Both the position numbers and the translations under genes were made by a program. This document shows, in pieces, positions 60,586 through 64,000 of a stretch of 64,000 bases of DNA. The stretch is from Paraphysomonas bandaiensis (Eukaryota > Protista > Chrysophyceae): assembly GCA_965644295.1 (NCBI GenBank), contig CBFFRP010000440.1, positions 11,032-75,031 of the forward strand. The letters are read 5' to 3'. The notes under the pieces were generated by a model, which saw only the letters and a program-made list of their open reading frames with translations, was not told the DNA's origin and made no database searches. Position 1 is the stretch's first letter. Every line of letters begins with the position of its first letter.

Positions 60586-63370
60586 TTAGGGTTAGGGTTA
60601 GGGTTAGGGTTAGGGTTAGGGTTAGATTAGGGTTAGGTTTAGGGTTAGGGTTAGGGTTAGGGTTAGGGTTAGGGTTAGGGTTAGGGTTAGGGTTAGGGTT
60701 AGGGTTAGGGTTAGGGTTAGGGTTAGGGTTAGGGTTAGGGTTAGGGTTAGGGTTAGGGTTAGGGTTAGGGTTAGGGTTAGGGTTAGGGTTAGGGTTAGGG
60801 TTAGGGTTAGGGTTAGGGTTAGGGTTAGGGTTAGGGTTAGGGTTAGGGTTAGGGTTAGGGTTAGGGTTAGGGTTAGGGTTAGGGTTAGGGTTAGGGTTAG
60901 GGTTAGGGTTAGGGTTAGGGTTAGGGTTAGGGTTAGGGTTAGGGTTAGGGTTAGGGTTAGGGTTAGGGTTAGGGTTAGGGTTAGGGTTAGGGTTAGGGTT
61001 AGGGTTAGGGTTAGGGTTAGGGTTAGGGTTAGGGTTAGGGTTAGGGTTAGGGTTAGGGTTAGGGTTAGGGTTAGGGTTAGGGTTAGGGTTAGGGTTAGGG
61101 TTAGGGTTAGGGTTAGGGTTAGGGTTAGGGTTAGGGTTAGGGTTAGGGTTAGGGTTAGGGTTAGGGTTAGGGTTAGGGTTAGGGTTAGGGTTAGGGTTAG
61201 GGTTAGGGTTAGGGTTAGGGTTAGGGTTAGGGTTAGGGTTAGGGTTAGGGTTAGGGTTAGGGTTAGGGTTAGGGTTAGGGTTAGGGTTAGGGTTAGGGTT
61301 AGGGTTAGGGTTAGGGTTAGGGTTAGGGTTAGGGTTAGGGTTAGGGTTAGGGTTAGGGTTAGGGTTAGGGTTAGGGTTAGGGTTAGGGTTAGGGTTAGGG
61401 TTAGGGTTAGGGTTAGGGTTAGGGTTAGGGTTAGGGTTAGGGTTAGGGTTAGGGTTAGGGTTAGGGTTAGGGTTAGGGTTAGGGTTAGGGTTAGGGTTAG
61501 GGTTAGGGTTAGGGTTAGGGTTAGGGTTAGGGTTAGGGTTAGGGTTAGGGTTAGGGTTAGGGTTAGGGTTAGGGTTAGGGTTAGGGTTAGGGTTAGGGTT
61601 AGGGTTAGGGTTAGGGTTAGGGTTAGGGTTAGGGTTAGGGTTAGGGTTAGGGTTAGGGTTAGGGTTAGGGTTAGGGTTAGGGTTAGGGTTAGGGTTAGGG
61701 TTAGGGTTAGGGTTAGGGTTAGGGTTAGGGTTAGGGTTAGGGTTAGGGTTAGGGTTAGGGTTAGGGTTAGGGTTAGGGTTAGGGTTAGGGTTAGGGTTAG
61801 GGTTAGGGTTAGGGTTAGGGTTAGGGTTAGGGTTAGGGTTAGGGTTAGGGTTAGGGTTAGGGTTAGGGTTAGGGTTAGGGTTAGGGTTAGGGTTAGGGTT
61901 AGGGTTAGGGTTAGGGTTAGGGTTAGGGTTAGGGTTAGGGTTAGGGTTAGGGTTAGGGTTAGGGTTAGGGTTAGGGTTAGGGTTAGGGTTAGGGTTAGGG
62001 TTAGGGTTAGGGTTAGGGTTAGGGTTAGGGTTAGGGTTAGGGTTAGGGTTAGGGTTAGGGTTAGGGTTAGGGTTAGGGTTAGGGTTAGGGTTAGGGTTAG
62101 GGTTAGGGTTAGGGTTAGGGTTAGGGTTAGGGTTAGGGTTAGGGTTAGGGTTAGGGTTAGGGTTAGGGTTAGGGTTAGGGTTAGGGTTAGGGTTAGGGTT
62201 AGGGTTAGGGTTAGGGTTAGGGTTAGGGTTAGGGTTAGGGTTAGGGTTAGGGTTAGGGTTAGGGTTAGGGTTAGGGTTAGGGTTAGGGTTAGGGTTAGGG
62301 TTAGGGTTAGGGTTAGGGTTAGGGTTAGGGTTAGGGTTAGGGTTAGGGTTAGGGTTAGGGTTAGGGTTAGGGTTAGGGTTAGGGTTAGGGTTAGGGTTAG
62401 GGTTAGGGTTAGGGTTAGGGTTAGGGTTAGGGTTAGGGTTAGGGTTAGGGTTAGGGTTAGGGTTAGGGTTAGGGTTAGGGTTAGGGTTAGGGTTAGGGTT
62501 AGGGTTAGGGTTAGGGTTAGGGTTAGGGTTAGGGTTAGGGTTAGGGTTAGGGTTAGGGTTAGGGTTAGGGTTAGGGTTAGGGTTAGGGTTAGGGTTAGGG
62601 TTAGGGTTAGGGTTAGGGTTAGGGTTAGGGTTAGGGTTAGGGTTAGGGTTAGGGTTAGGGTTAGGGTTAGGGTTAGGGTTAGGGTTAGGGTTAGGGTTAG
62701 GGTTAGGGTTAGGGTTAGGGTTAGGGTTAGGGTTAGGGTTAGGGTTAGGGTTAGGGTTAGGGTTAGGGTTAGGGTTAGGGTTAGGGTTAGGGTTAGGGTT
62801 AGGGTTAGGGTTAGGGTTAGGGTTAGGGTTAGGGTTAGGGTTAGGGTTAGGGTTAGGGTTAGGGTTAGGGTTAGGGTTAGGGTTAGGGTTAGGGTTAGGG
62901 TTAGGGTTAGGGTTAGGGTTAGGGTTAGGGTTAGGGTTAGGGTTAGGGTTAGGGTTAGGGTTAGGGTTAGGGTTAGGGTTAGGGTTAGGGTTAGGGTTAG
63001 GGTTAGGGTTAGGGTTAGGGTTAGGGTTAGGGTTAGGGTTAGGGTTAGGGTTAGGGTTAGGGTTAGGGTTAGGGTTAGGGTTAGGGTTAGGGTTAGGGTT
63101 AGGGTTAGGGTTAGGGTTAGGGTTAGGGTTAGGGTTAGGGTTAGGGTTAGGGTTAGGGTTAGGGTTAGGGTTAGGGTTAGGGTTAGGGTTAGGGTTAGGG
63201 TTAGGGTTAGGGTTAGGGTTAGGGTTAGGGTTAGGGTTAGGGTTAGGGTTAGGGTTAGGGTTAGGGTTAGGGTTAGGGTTAGGGTTAGGGTTAGGGTTAG
63301 GGTTAGGGTTAGGGTTAGGGTTAGGGTTAGGGTTAGGGTTAGGGTTAGGGTTAGGGTTAGGGTTAGGGTT
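60586..63370 (+). repeat. Telomeric (TTAGGG)n array, ~464 units
   Basis: G-rich strand points rightward. Variant units (TTAGA, TTAGGT) occur only at the proximal end. Confidence 0.99.
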
Positions 63371-64000
63371 CCACTACATGGCTTGTTGTATGCAACGCGC
63401 CTTCTTGTTCTTGTATGCACTGTTGTTACTGTTAGTGTTTATGCAACATATTCGCTCCGGTGGAGAGTACGCGTTTGTAGTATGCGTATGTTTTTGTCTG
63501 GTTGATTCATTGTACTGAGCGCACGGTTCATCTAGGAGTTAGTGCTGTCGCGGTGCATTTCTTCTACCAAGTGAATGCTGGCTGTGTTTATAATATATTA
63601 CATAGAATACAAATTGATGATGTGACTGTTCAAGGCATATCTTAATCATTTCGTGTTCTGAGAAACGCATTTCTTAGTCACGTAGTATGTTGTATCATAT
63701 ATTTTGATGTTGAGTATTTAGGGTTGTGTAAAGAGTTTGTATTTAGTCCACAAATAAATTTTATTGCATAACTCAAATTTGAAGAGTTCATTTGCCCCAT
63801 ACTGACGAGCGTAACTAATCACCGTGCGCCCCTAGTGGGTGCTGCTGAGTGCACGATTGCTCGCCTCTACCTATGTACACATTGCTCAGTTCAGCGGTTC
63901 CCCACTCGGGGTCTCGCATATATTTCAGCGCGTACCATGTGATAATGATGTAGCTAGTTGGGTTCAGTAGGTAGCTAGCAAATAACAGCAATACGTAGTT

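Noticed and set aside
60552-63518. 988-aa (LG)n and 932-aa (TL)n ORFs
   Set aside because: Translations of the telomere repeat.
63800-63870. CTGACGA plus nested hairpins, as a hammerhead or snRNA candidate
   Set aside because: No GAAA core after the stem and no recognisable snRNA motifs.

Overview
Compact, intron-rich eukaryotic (protist) nuclear DNA. Short GT-AG introns, TTAGGG telomere repeats and the gene content suggest a stramenopile, but that is inference. There are twelve multi-exon host genes: SEC24, SF3A2 carrying an N-terminal 76-aa ubiquitin-like leader, RPC31/POLR3G, an IQ-motif protein, an ankyrin-SAM protein, WDR18/Ipi3, a tesmin/LIN54 CRC protein, an MLO-family protein with fused EF-hands, an ankyrin + bacterial-type alpha/beta-hydrolase fusion, RRP5, a NOL1/NOP2/Sun methyltransferase and a small La-motif protein. 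Eight of these sit in head-to-head pairs, and transposon islands lie between the pairs (non-LTR relics, a Copia gag, piggyBac and Tc1/IS630 relics, hAT-like MITE ends). A 2.8-kb TTAGGG array lies near the right end, followed by 630 bp of non-telomeric sequence. Best leads: (1) a ubiquitin-fold precursor form of SF3A2 (LRVRGG|IDFQHRE), reminiscent of Sde2; (2) a six-copy non-coding retroposon family with a candidate HDV-like ribozyme at its 5' end and a 3' tail shared with local LINE ends; (3) an MLO-EF-hand fusion; (4) a 2-kb intron made almost entirely of (GTAT)n; (5) an ankyrin-PahZ1-like hydrolase fusion. All exon boundaries, alignments and RNA folds were worked out by eye and need computational confirmation.
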